DNA of 61,015 nt, counting the filler, from Sphacelaria rigidula (lineage: Eukaryota), in the NCBI GenBank assembly GCA_964200075.2. It is 10 parts of 10 records of this genome, joined end to end, with 100 filler letters (N's around TTAATTAATTAA, not from the genome) between each part and the next. Parts side by side here need not be neighbours in the genome. Positions count along the whole stretch, not along the records: positions 48,894 to 54,904 come from CAXNAA020022816.1; positions 55,005 to 61,015 come from CAXNAA020022817.1; 8 more parts are not named here. The stretch is one strand, 5' to 3'. Position 1 is the first letter of the stretch. Each line of letters opens with the position of its first letter. The translations under genes were made by a program, and so were the position numbers. Below the pieces are notes generated by a model. It was given only the letters and a program-made list of their open reading frames with translations. It did not search any database and had not been told where the DNA came from. Below, in pieces: positions 50,995 to 61,015 of this stretch.

Positions 50995-51190
50995 GTATCA
51001 TGAGTACCTCCCCCCTCCCCCCTACTCCGAGAAAAACAGCCACCTGGTTTGTGGAAACTTGTCTTCATTGTCAATTCGCGACGTCAATGGTCTGATGACT
51101 ATGGCACGCATGATCATGAGTACCCCCACCCCCCCACTCCAAGAAAACACCCGTCTGGTTTATGAAAACATGTCTTGATCGTCAATTCCA
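50995..51190 (+). repeat. Tandem duplication including a family C (subfamily 2) copy
   Basis: ATCATGAGTACC..ACTCC.AGAAAA..CTGGTTT.TG.AAAC.TGTCTT.AT.GTCAATTC twice. Confidence 0.75.
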
Positions 51191-51714
51191 CATTATTGTA
51201 CAGATGAGTTTGTAGTTGCTTCTACGGGTATCATCCTGGACCCCAAATTACTGGTGCCGACGGACATCAGGCAGCTTGTCCATATTTCCAATTTATCAGA
51301 ATTCAGTAGCGAGATCTCGGATTTCGGAAACACGTGTATGCCTTTCAGCATCAGATGGCATCGATTCTTTGGCAAATTCAGAGTGCTATAGAAAATACAT
51401 GTACAGAGGTTACAAAAAATAGTTGCTTTCGCAAGCACTCTCTCTACTCGTCATGTGTTGTTTTCCTTTTGTTCATTTGCACGTTCAACAAAAAAGTGCA
51501 AACAATACGACCAACCAAGCGAAACCAACTCCTACTCGAGACACCAAGCAGACGTGAATGAACAAATGGCTGAGTTAATGCATTCTCGTAGGTTTCATGA
51601 AGGTGGTATACTCCATCCCGTCCAGAATATTCACTTCATTTTTTTTTATTCTCCGTTGTTGTTGTTCTTATTGTTGTTGTCGTTCCCGCCATGTGGAAAT
51701 AAATAACCGACGAC

Positions 51715-51979
51715 ATGGCCCATTCCCACTCTCAGGCGGGGTACGGCGTCGCGGCAAATGGCCAAAACTTGGGGGTGAGCCACATGGGGGGCGTACAGGG
51801 CGGAGTCGGCGTCAATGCGCAGGTGCCTCAAATGAGCCATCAACAGGGAATAATGAGCCAAAGCATGGGGCAAGGCATGGCAGGGGGGATGGGACAGGGT
51901 ATGGTGGCTGGCGTGGGGGGTCCAGCGAACGTCCAGGGCAGCATGATGGGCGGGATACCTGCAATGGGCATGGGAGACT
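51715..51979 (+). CDS. Probable first coding exon of a Gly/Met/Gln-rich low-complexity protein
   Basis: ACGACATGG start with upstream in-frame stop; MAHSHSQAGYG...QGMAGGMGQGM...GMGD; strong donor T|GTGAGT at 51979/51980. Confidence 0.7.
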
Positions 51980-52009
51980 GTGAGTTGTCTTTTGATCACG
52001 TGCAATACA

Positions 52010-52293
52010 GCCGCCGCGCCCCGGTGATGTAATGGCCCGACTGTCGCGATCAGGGTGGAGAGAACGGGGGTTCGGTTCCCGATGCGTTTGGCTTTTTCTT
52101 CGTCATGTATGATTTTCACCGTGGAAAGCGTGAGAACGTGAGTAAACAAGACTGGGTTTGTGTTATGTGAGTTGACGCGGTGCGGCAGTGCTGATCCACT
52201 CCGCGAGATCAAAATGAAAGGCACGTACCGGGGGAGAGATGGGTTCGTCCCTTGAGACCACGGACTCATCCCGAGGAAGGGGAGGGGTTCAAA
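52010..52293 (+). mobile_element. SINE family B, full length, intronic
   Basis: GCCCCGGTGATGTAATGG, GGTTCGGTTCC head; CACGGACTCATCCCGAGGAAGGGG end. Confidence 0.85.
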
Positions 52294-52351
52294 GTGTGAG
52301 GACAACAAAAGAGTACATGTCTTTTTCGTTTTCAAGATTCACCTCTTTCAG

Positions 52352-52433
52352 CCGAGCCCGGTGCCGCCAGGAACGCCTCCTTATTGCGATATATCACAGT
52401 TTCGGGGAAATATATTGAAGCTTGCAAGGGCAG
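52352..52433 (+). CDS. Candidate second exon (SEPGAARNASLLRYITVSGKYIEACKG)
   Basis: CTCTTTCAG acceptor, CAG|GTAGGG donor, open in the phase required by exon 51715-51979. Confidence 0.4.
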
Positions 52434-52772
52434 GTAGGGTAGGGTACACCCGATATTGTGGTACTGTATTTTGAAAAGTGGACATCCGACCCATGCCCAT
52501 AGCAGCAGCCAGCCCTGTGCTGTTGTTCCGCTCTCTAAAGCCCATATAAGTCAGTGGGACTGACTTGGGCAGGTGATGTGCGACTTTTCAAACTTCCAAA
52601 ATATTGGGTATACCCCTACCTGACACGTCCTTGGAAGTTTTTTCTTATTTGCTCCACAGGTGATGACGCCGCATGTATGTTGTATGTTGTCGTGCGGGCT
52701 TGTTTCAACCATCGTCTTACTTGTCCCCTTCATCCTTTATCACCTCCGACGGTTGAACAAACGGCTGCTTAA

Positions 52773-52870
52773 CCCTTAGACCGCGAGATAAGTCTTTCTG
52801 GATCACGCATACTTTTTTTTACTTGAAATTGGTGCCGATTCAACAGATGAATAACCTCGCGGTCTAAGGG
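52773..52870 (+). mobile_element. 98-bp piggyBac-type mini-MITE, intact
   Basis: Perfect 15-bp TIR CCCTTAGACCGCGAG with TTAA at 52769-52772 and 52871-52874. Confidence 0.95.
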
Positions 52871-52999
52871 TTAAGGCACACGTTGCCCTGGGGCCGTCCT
52901 AAGGTCTTGCGACGAAAGTACACAACATGAACCCGTCGCACCCCAATGGTGTGAGTGGGTACAGCAGTAGCCAGGTAGGACGCAATGCTGTGGGTTTTA

Positions 53000-53225
53000 C
53001 ACTATTTGCCAGGTAGATGTGGTGCCTTTTCACGGAAGAATCTGGTTGACGTCGTTTAGTGTAGTGACAAAAAAGCTCGAGGAGAGTTGATGCGGTGCGG
53101 GAGAGGACTGGATTCAATCCGCGATACGTCACCAAAATATCAGGCATGCACCTCGGGGGGAGGAGGAGAAGAAATGAGATCATTTTGTGACTTTGAGAAT
53201 TCGTCCTGAGGAGAAGGGGAGGGGG
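53000..53225 (+). mobile_element. SINE family B, diverged 3' part
   Basis: GAGAGTTGATGCGGTGCGGGAG ... TCGTCCTGAGGAGAAGGGGAGGG. Confidence 0.6.
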
Positions 53226-53300
53226 GGGGCGTACTCATTTGTTGCTTGCCTTAGTCATTTGACCATTGACCACGCATCCCTTTCGAGACGGAGCAGGGGA
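53221..53300 (-). repeat. Mini-repeat family C
   Basis: GGGGCGTACTCATTTGTTGCTTGCCTTAGTCATTTGACCATTGACCACGCATCCCTTTCGAGACGGAGC. Confidence 0.85.
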
Positions 53301-53470
53301 GGGGAGGGATCGAGATTCGTGATAAAAATGAATACAAATACGCGGCACGCACACGCACACACGATTAAAAACAAGATGAAACACTAAGTAAGTAACGCGA
53401 TATCATCGGATAATCCATGTAGGTTGTACTTGTACTGGTACTTGTGGCTTTGGTGTTGCTTGTTTTTGTC

Positions 53471-53744
53471 AATACTTCACATGTGGGACAGCTCATTAAC
53501 CATCTAAAATAGCTAACTGAAGAGGTCTCTCAGATACGTTGTCCAATCAACACAAAAGGCATGACCGCAGGGTCCGATAAGCCAAAGTGTTACTTCTGCG
53601 CTTCTCGGCGTGCTCGGCGTCCAGCGGTGTAGGGAGCAAATATGGGAAAAGGCGCTAAGTGAGGTACCTCATGATCCGGATAACTATACTAACAAGAAGT
53701 ACTGTTTGGGGAGCTTATGAGCTGTCTGATGTGTGCAATGTTTT
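53471..53744. repeat. Module A, bounded by inverted motif M; direct repeat of 54502-54774
   Basis: AAATAGCTAAC.GA..CTCTCAGAT.CGTTG, AAGCCAAAGTG, TGCTCGGCGTCC, TGTAGGGAGCAAA shared with module A'. Confidence 0.8.
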
Positions 53745-53785
53745 TTGTTCAAAATTTTCACACGTCGGACAAATCATGAGTGAAG

Positions 53786-54450
53786 TCAGTTATGCTGCTG
53801 TATATCTCACCCCGCCAGAATGTGCATCGCTGAGTTATGCTGTATAACTCACCTGGCGAGAATGTGTACCTATGAGTTACCTCATATGACTTACTCGACC
53901 AAGATATGCACCTGTTAGTTATCTCCTGTAACTCACCCGGCCAGAATGCGCACAGATGAGATATCTCCTATAACTCACTCGACCAAGATATGCACCTATT
54001 AGTTATCTCCTACAACTTACCCGGCCAGAATGCGCACAGGTGAGTTATAGGAGATATCTCACGTGGTAAACATATGCATCGATGAGTTATAGTTTGTAAC
54101 TTGCCGGAACAGATTTTGCATCGATGAGTTGAAGTTTATAATTCACCTGGCCGGAACGTGCACCCCTGAGTGATCCTGCTATAACTCACCTGGCCAGATT
54201 TTGCATCGATGTCATAATTTATAACACACCCGGCCAGAATGTGCACCGCTGAGTTGTTGTTTATAACCCACCTGACCAAGATATGCACCGATGAGTTATA
54301 GTTTATGAATCACCCGGCCGGAATAGGCACCGCTGAGTTATAGTTTTTTACTCACTTGGCCAGATTTTGCATCGCTGAGTCCTGCTGTATAACCCATCCG
54401 GCCAGAATGGGCACCGCTGAGTGATGCTGCTCTACCTCACTGGTGAGTTA
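53786..54450. repeat. Tandem array of 16 diverged ~42-bp units, each with palindrome TGAGTTAT-N5-ATAACTCA
   Basis: Unit starts 53786, 53831, 53873, 53915, 53957, 53999, 54041, 54083, 54125, 54167, 54210, 54250, 54292, 54334, 54376, 54418. Confidence 0.92.
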
Positions 54451-54501
54451 AGCAAAAAAGGGTAAACTCGTGTTAACCTGAGTTGAGCTGTCGAACGCGT
54501 G

Positions 54502-54774
54502 AAACTTCTCACAGGTCGGACAGATCATGATCTCTCTGAAATAGCTAACAGAGGAAGACTCTCAGATCCGTTGATCCAAAACACAAAAGATGCGACCGCG
54601 GAGTCAGAAAAGCCAAAGTGCAACCTTCGCGCAACTCGGCATGCTCGGCGTCCGGCGCTGTAGGGAGCAAACGTGTAAAAGAGGAGCCAAATGATCCGGT
54701 CATGATCCAGATCAGTATACTGAGATGAAGTGAATTTCAGACGGACCATAATCTGTCCGACATGTGAAAGTTTT
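54502..54774. repeat. Module A', bounded by inverted motif M
   Basis: CTCACAGGTCGGACAGATCAT ... ATAATCTGTCCGACATGTGAAAGTTTT; homologous to 53471-53744. Confidence 0.8.
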
Positions 54775-54904
54775 AAATCCTCCCCTTGGTCGGGACCAGT
54801 CCATGGTCGCGAGGCATCAACCTATATCTACGCCTTAACGCTTGCGCCCTCTCCCCTCCCCTCCGTCCCTCGACCGCCTAGACCACCCACAGCAGCCGTG
54901 TCCC

Positions 54905-55004
54905 NNNNNNNNNNNNNNNNNNNNNNNNNNNNNNNNNNNNNNNNNNNNTTAATTAATTAANNNNNNNNNNNNNNNNNNNNNNNNNNNNNNNNNNNNNNNN
55001 NNNN
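54905..55004. other. Artificial scaffold linker
   Basis: N44-TTAATTAATTAA-N44. Confidence 0.99.
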
Positions 55005-55877
55005 GAAATGGAATGCGGCGGGCGGCGCGGGTTTTGGGGGGGGGGGGGGGGGGGGGGGGGGAAAAAAGGGGGGGGGGGGGGGGGGGGGATGGGGGGGAAG
55101 AGAACGGCACACAAGAAGGCGAGAGCAAATAAAAACGGCGACGCGTTCGTACATGGGTGCATTGGAATGAAATGTCTTTTTTTTATTTTTGCTGCGTTTT
55201 TCGGGGCCATGAATCTAACAGGGGGAGTACAGTGAACGCAGTAGATCCGTCGCCGAAATCCATAGTTGGAACAACCCTTGATCTCTTCCGTGGACAATTG
55301 TCACATTCGGATTTCTTAGAGGCTGACACTTCCAAGGACTTGACAGTGTGCGCAGCATATTTTCCGCTGAAAGCGGAATCAACACGGCCGATTTGGCGTC
55401 TGCCGACATACACCTTGCCCTGAGCACCATTTGCGCCTCCCTTGCCCGAGAGTTCTCGGCATGCCTCGGGGTCGGGTTGGGCTTCAGGTTACGGCTTGAT
55501 TGAAGACAAAAAAAAACGCCGTGTCACCGGTGAGCTGTAGCAACGAGAGAGGGCCGACGTGCCTCGTCTTTGAAATGTCATCCTGTATGGGTTCTATTGT
55601 TCGGCGGGTGCTGCATACCGTAGCTTACACGGTACAGCACCCGCATGCGAGTTCAGTGCCCCTCCCTACATAACACGCCCGAGAGATTAGGTTTCGGCTA
55701 TAGTTTTCACCCCATTCCTTGGGGTTGGCGTCTGTTGGCAACGACGCTGGAAAACAAGCCACTCACTGCGTAAGCTAGGCAACCGTGTTACCGTGACGGT
55801 AGTCGAGCTATCACACCATGCGGGGTGGGAGAATCTCAATTCTGCGCAAAGAGGATGGCCATACTACGCGTCGTTTC

Positions 55878-55945
55878 AATGGTGAGACACCCATGAGGCC
55901 GTGTATAAGCCGTGGTCGTCACTTGGGGTGGCGATACCAGAAAAT
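55878..55945 (+). repeat. Mini-repeat family E
   Basis: Matches 48726-48793. Confidence 0.8.
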
Positions 55946-56063
55946 GAAGCAACTCATCGGAGGTTGCCATCCATAGGCAAGATAATCAGTACACTCCGGG
56001 TCGGACAATGTTAGCAGGATGCAGCCCACCCTTCATGCGACTCGCCTAGCACATCACGGCGTT

Positions 56064-56130
56064 GTAGGGATGCGAGGTCAATGGTCATATGACTACGGCA
56101 CGCAAGATCATGAGTACACCCCCCCCCCCC
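56064..56130 (+). repeat. Mini-repeat family C (subfamily 2)
   Basis: GTAGGGATGCGAGGTCAATGGTCATATGACTACGGCA..CATGAGTACA + C-run. Confidence 0.8.
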
Positions 56131-57477
56131 CGGTGTGGAACAATAATCTTCATCATGACCAACGATAAATGACTATACCCATCGACAAAAGCGATGAAGA
56201 GCAAACGTCATGTGCCGATGTCAGTGTGGGTCTTGTTAATCGTGCTATATCACATTTACAGTATCTCCATGTTCCCTTGAAAAATATAACCTACCCCTGC
56301 TGGGCGAGCAAGACATCTCCGTTTCATGGGAATTCTTCTCGTACCTTCTCGAATGAAAAAAAGGGAACATAACAACGTCTTGTTGTGCAGCATACACAGG
56401 CATGCTCTTGACCGCAGTTGAGATCAAGTTGACCGGGGAGGCCCGTCCCTCCGCCAGTGAGGATGCCACAAAGCATGCCATTACCCACCACTCGTATCAC
56501 TTCACCTGCATGGCGTGATATCCCCCACTCCACGACATCACTCACATCACGTACACACAGATAATCAATCTGTCACCCGGAGGCTCGTCATACATCAGGC
56601 TTTGCAAGGAAGACCCCCGGGCGATAACGTTTCAATCTGGGGGGGGGCGTACACTCCGTAGAACACGGCAAAAATCTGGGGCTGACGCACCATAGTCTCC
56701 CCGGCGAATCGCCAACTCATCATCTACCAGTTTCACATCTGGCCATATATCAGGTATCAACCCACTTGCTTCACCGAACACCTCTAGGTCAAACCACCTC
56801 AAAGTGGCGTTTTGTTATGCGAGTACAGCTGATAGTTTCCAATTTTTGACGCTGTACTCTCTCTGTCCCATGAGGGAAATCCATTGTGGGGGATAGGCCG
56901 TGCCTCGCCGACGGAGGTGCTCACGATGTTATGGCTAGGTTCGTTGAAATTATGAAGTTGTGGAGGTGGCCACTGGAAAAATCAAAATCAAAATAATCGA
57001 TCTGCAACCTCCGAATCGTTGGGTCAAACATGACCAAATTTCGACCAAATTCCGTCGAATCTGTACATTTTCGGTCGAATTTCGGCAAAAATGGCTTGTT
57101 TTGAAGTAATTGAAGGCTTCAATGTAAACGAGCGGTTTCGGACTAGGCGTAGCCATCGTATGCCAGCGATGAGCCGGAGAAAAAGAGCCACTTATGTTTT
57201 TTTTCGCGATTTTCGCCATTTTTCGGGTTTGCAGGGTTCGTCTCTGTGTTCTGGAAAATGAGCGGAATATGGCCATTTTTGGGGCCAACTGATCGTTTAT
57301 CGGCCGTTCGCGCACGCTCGCTACTGCGCAAACAGAAAAAAGAGAGACGTGATTTAACTAAAAAAAAAACTGAAGATTTCAAATATATATATCGCCTAGG
57401 GCATTGGACTCGGTTAAGGGTCCGTGTGATCATAACGGACTCTACTCATGGGTGAGAGGAAGTACCTTCACCAAAGG

Positions 57478-57640
57478 AAGGCAAACACCGGAGGAGGAAG
57501 GGAACTCAAACACATGAAAAAAAACCTCCTGTGCTGGCCTTCCTCCTGCGTGACCCCGGCTGGTGCGCCCCCACATATACCGAAAAGGTGTAAACCGACG
57601 TCTAGAATAAATGGGACGGCAACACACACACACAACACAT
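57478..57640 (+). mobile_element. SINE family A, 3' part
   Basis: CCTTCCTCCTG.GTGACCCCGGCTGGTGCGCCC.CACATATACCG..AGAATAAAT + (CA)n. Confidence 0.75.
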
Positions 57641-60600
57641 ATTTGCACCAGAATGCGGGCTTGTCAGACCTGCGCTTCACATGGCACACGCGTACGCAAA
57701 CAAGCACCCTCTACTATGTGGCGAAAATATCGCTGTTGCGGCGCAGCTACCCAAGCCCCCTGCCAATCACTTTCTTCATGAGTGCATGCAAAACCATAAG
57801 GCTGCCGTCCATTTGATACATTTACCTCCATACTTCCTGCAGTCCCCATCTCTTGGCAAATCTTGTTATCTCAAGGACTCACTCTTGTGTACGGTTAGGG
57901 AAAAATGGTGGGAAACATGAGACGAAAAACAAATCACACGCAACGTTTTCTCTCTGGACGGAATTTGTTTCCAACAAGCTGGGTGACTTCGGAAACCATG
58001 AATGGTGAAATAACAAACGCACACACCCACACGCACACACACTCATCGACATACCTCAACTCCATTCCAATCAGCCTTCCGCTTCGCGGCCCACGCGCTC
58101 GCCACAGCGGGGGGCGGGGACATTCCCCCCCCACCCACTCCACCACCCACGCCCCCGCGTACAGACACCCCGCCAATGCCAACCCCCGCTCCTATTCCCC
58201 CCCCACCCATAGCAGCGACGCCATGATGGGACGAGGCAACATCACTCCGCGTCCCCCCCACTCCCCAATTGGAGGTGGGGGCGGGTGAGCCCCTGAGCAT
58301 GGGCAAGTTGGGTAACGGGCTGAGGAGGACCTCAGCAGCGACTGTGGTTATCAGCTTGAGCTCCAAGCTGTTCAATGTTGCCTGTTTCATAAACGTAGCG
58401 GCAGCCGTCGTGGTGGTGGTGGTGGTGAGTGATCATCCCGACGGATGTGGTTCCCCGTTTGGAAAGCGGGGAATGTTGAAGAGGGGGGAGCGGGGAGAAC
58501 GAGGGGGGGGGGGGGGGGGGGGGGGGGGGAAAAAAAAGGGGGGGGGGGGGAGTTTTGTGGTATTCTGATGGTGGCTTAAAAAGGATNNNNNNNNNNGGGG
58601 GCGGGGGGGGGGGGGTGTGGGGACGCCAGGGCGGTAAAAGCAATCGCGTGTAGACGATTGTTGATGATTTCCTCAGTTGCCATTAAAATGATACTCTACA
58701 TGAAAACAAAAGTCAGGCGCGTTCAGGTCCCGTCTCATAGGGACGGAGAAGTTATCAAACTCCAGAGCACGATCGTCAATGTAATTCGGCCGAGGAATAC
58801 TCGTCAGAAGTCCCACATACAGCAGCACCAACTGCTTCAGAGCGAATCGTTCAGCACGATTGGTCATGCACCGACAAGGAACGTAAGCGGGAACGGTCAG
58901 CAAACTTTGGCTATTTTTAATATAGTGTACTGCGGCACAAACGACATACTACAAGTCGTCCCGCCAGAACAGCGGGCTCTCCTCGACAACCCGTCACCAG
59001 ACGTTCGGCGCGGAGACACGTTTTGGGTAAAAGATTCAAGAAGCACGCGCGGGAGGTGGAGATTCTCCCGACGCTGGTAGGTGTACTGGATGCAGTCGAC
59101 GACGCATATGAAAGGACCCCGCCTGAGATCCACAGTGTGACAGACGACGTCGGCCTCTATATGCCCATTGAGAGGGATGGGCCGTGTACTCTTCTGTCGA
59201 GCCATGAGATGTCGCGCGTGTGTTGCGCTGTCAGTACAATCCGGTTCGCCCAAGACACACCGGGTCGATTACACGGAGCGTGTTCCGGAGTTAACTTTCG
59301 AGCTTCGACTTGGAGGTTTGCACACACGTCGGGGAGCAGCACATGAAGAGTACACAACTTTGTCTTTATATCTCACATTTCGTTTTTTTGGGGGGGAAAG
59401 AGCATATGAAGACGTATCGGAACATTGAAAACCCGCGGATCAACGTCGAACTATTTGAAAACAGATACCCTTATCAATCCATTACCTTACTTTCCACTTC
59501 AGCTGCCTGGTAACACTGTGAGGGAAAAGCTTTTGAAGCTACTACCGAATCCGTCCCAAGTTTGATCAGCCAGAGCGCATCAGAGGTACGGCTGCCCCAA
59601 GGATACAGTACTTTACTTGTAAAGTATTGCGTCTCTTACGAAACACGACCTCGGTATTACCTTACTTGACACGTGTTTTTTTTTTTCTTCACTTCAAACT
59701 TCCCACGCTGTCCGGGGCAAAATACGGGAAACGCGAAGAGAAGCTTTTTCTCGGAACAATTTTCATGCACAATGTGCCATACTCTACTACGCTCAAACGT
59801 GGACAATCTCGCCCTGAGGGGTAATTCAAAGAAGGAGTGATATTTGTTTTTGTTCCCGAACACCCTGGGCATCCCTTTCTCTGTTGTCGTGCAACTCACC
59901 AATGTAGTTGTGCAACAAGCAGAAACAAGCAGCGACGAGAAGCGGTCGAGTCAACGCATACTAGCTCGTAATACTGAGTAATGTTGGGGTAAAGACACCA
60001 AGGCTCCGATCAATCAATTACAAAATACACGATTTCGGCATTACCCTTCTCCGGACAGGTGTGTAAGTGCTCTGGTCAACCCAACGGCACAGTTTCGGGT
60101 ACCACCACTCTTTTCCCCAGATGACACCAGAGAAACCTATCAACCTGAGGAAACAAACACGAGCTTGCGAACAGCTCTAATCAGTAGACCTTTGTCTTCA
60201 AAAACGTTCCGCTGACAGCAAAAATATATATATATATATATATTTCCTAACCTACCTATCGCGGGAGAGATGGCATACATTTGATGCGAGCAGAGCGGTA
60301 GTAAATAGAGCAAATCCTGTGATACATTCCGAGGGGCGGACAAAAAATGGCTCGTCTGGAAATCACTTGGTTTCAGTATAATTGATTCGACTCGTACGAA
60401 TCAATCCCTAGGCTTCGTTTTCAGCGTTGCAACCCAGGCACACGCAGCCCAGACATGTGGAATGGCGCAAAAGTCGCGTGGATACCCCTTGGACCAGCGA
60501 TCAGTTTTTTTCTCCCTGTTGGGCAATCAGCCCGAAGAAATCGTGGATTTGGTGAGATTCTTAGTCGTGAGGATTCGTCCTAACCGTGACACATTTACCC

Positions 60601-60950
60601 ATAGCCGAACAAAGTCCCCGCGAACTCGAACATTGCTTCGACCGGTTCATGCAAAACCTCCGAATGAAGCGAAACGGCGATTGGTTCGCTGTGTGGGAGA
60701 AATGGCTGCAGATGAAGAAGAAAAAAAACGAGTTCGAAAACGTGTTGTGTTTGACATACAGTGTACCTGAATGGCTGGCATGTCGATCTTCACGACATTA
60801 TTCTCCACTGCACCGTGATGCGCAAGAACCTGACATACGAAACAAAGGATACAAGGGGAAAACGGCCCGAAGGTGGAAACCAATGTCCACGGTAAAATAA
60901 AACGGCATGCTCATACGTATGTTGATTTTGATATTTCTTCATCACCATTA

Positions 60951-61015
60951 AACAACAAATTGTGCGAATTGAGGTTTAACTTCGAGATGAGGTTCAAGCC
61001 TAAAACAGTGCTTCC
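60951..61015 (+). repeat. Terminus of family X at window/scaffold end
   Basis: Same sequence as 18173 and 36472. Confidence 0.9.

Noticed and set aside
51085..51175. Hammerhead ribozyme (CTGATGA) in repeat C subfamily 2
   Set aside because: No GAAA directly after a stem II, and CTGATGA falls in the variable loop that other copies do not conserve.
52352..52433. Pumilio-repeat start in an alternative frame (CDISQFRGNILKLAR)
   Set aside because: Frame is incompatible with the phase-1 donor at 51979 and the DQxG motif does not follow; needs transcripts to revisit.
53786..54450. CRISPR array
   Set aside because: Inter-palindrome segments are homologous to each other rather than unique spacers; repeats are degenerate; no cas genes; eukaryotic context.

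Overview
This is not one locus. It is ten unrelated ~6 kb assembly scaffolds (five of 6012 bp, then five of 6011 bp) joined by artificial 100-bp N44-TTAATTAATTAA-N44 linkers, so nothing should be read across the linkers. The DNA is eukaryotic, roughly 50% GC by eye, intron-rich and repeat-dominated; a stramenopile, probably a brown alga, is my inference from exon style and the Copia type. Recognisable coding content is small: a decayed Ty1/Copia gag-pol lacking its integrase core, a KCTD-type BTB exon, two exons of an LRRC9-like LRR protein, and a Gly/Met/Gln-rich exon. The rest is non-autonomous repeats: Harbinger-type and foldback MITEs (several nested, with visible TSDs), ~100-bp piggyBac-type MITEs, two tRNA-derived SINE families and several short unclassified repeats. 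Three signals stand out. (i) A 16 x 42-bp palindromic array, with one core exactly inverted relative to another, sits inside an A-B-A' series of modules bounded by a shared inverted motif (53471-54774). (ii) A young element ends three scaffolds and always follows CAT-NN. (iii) A ~70-bp structured mini-repeat is embedded in C/G tracts. No CRISPR array, Cas/Fanzor ORF, rRNA or true tRNA gene was found. All alignments were done by eye, and repeat boundaries without a TSD are approximate.
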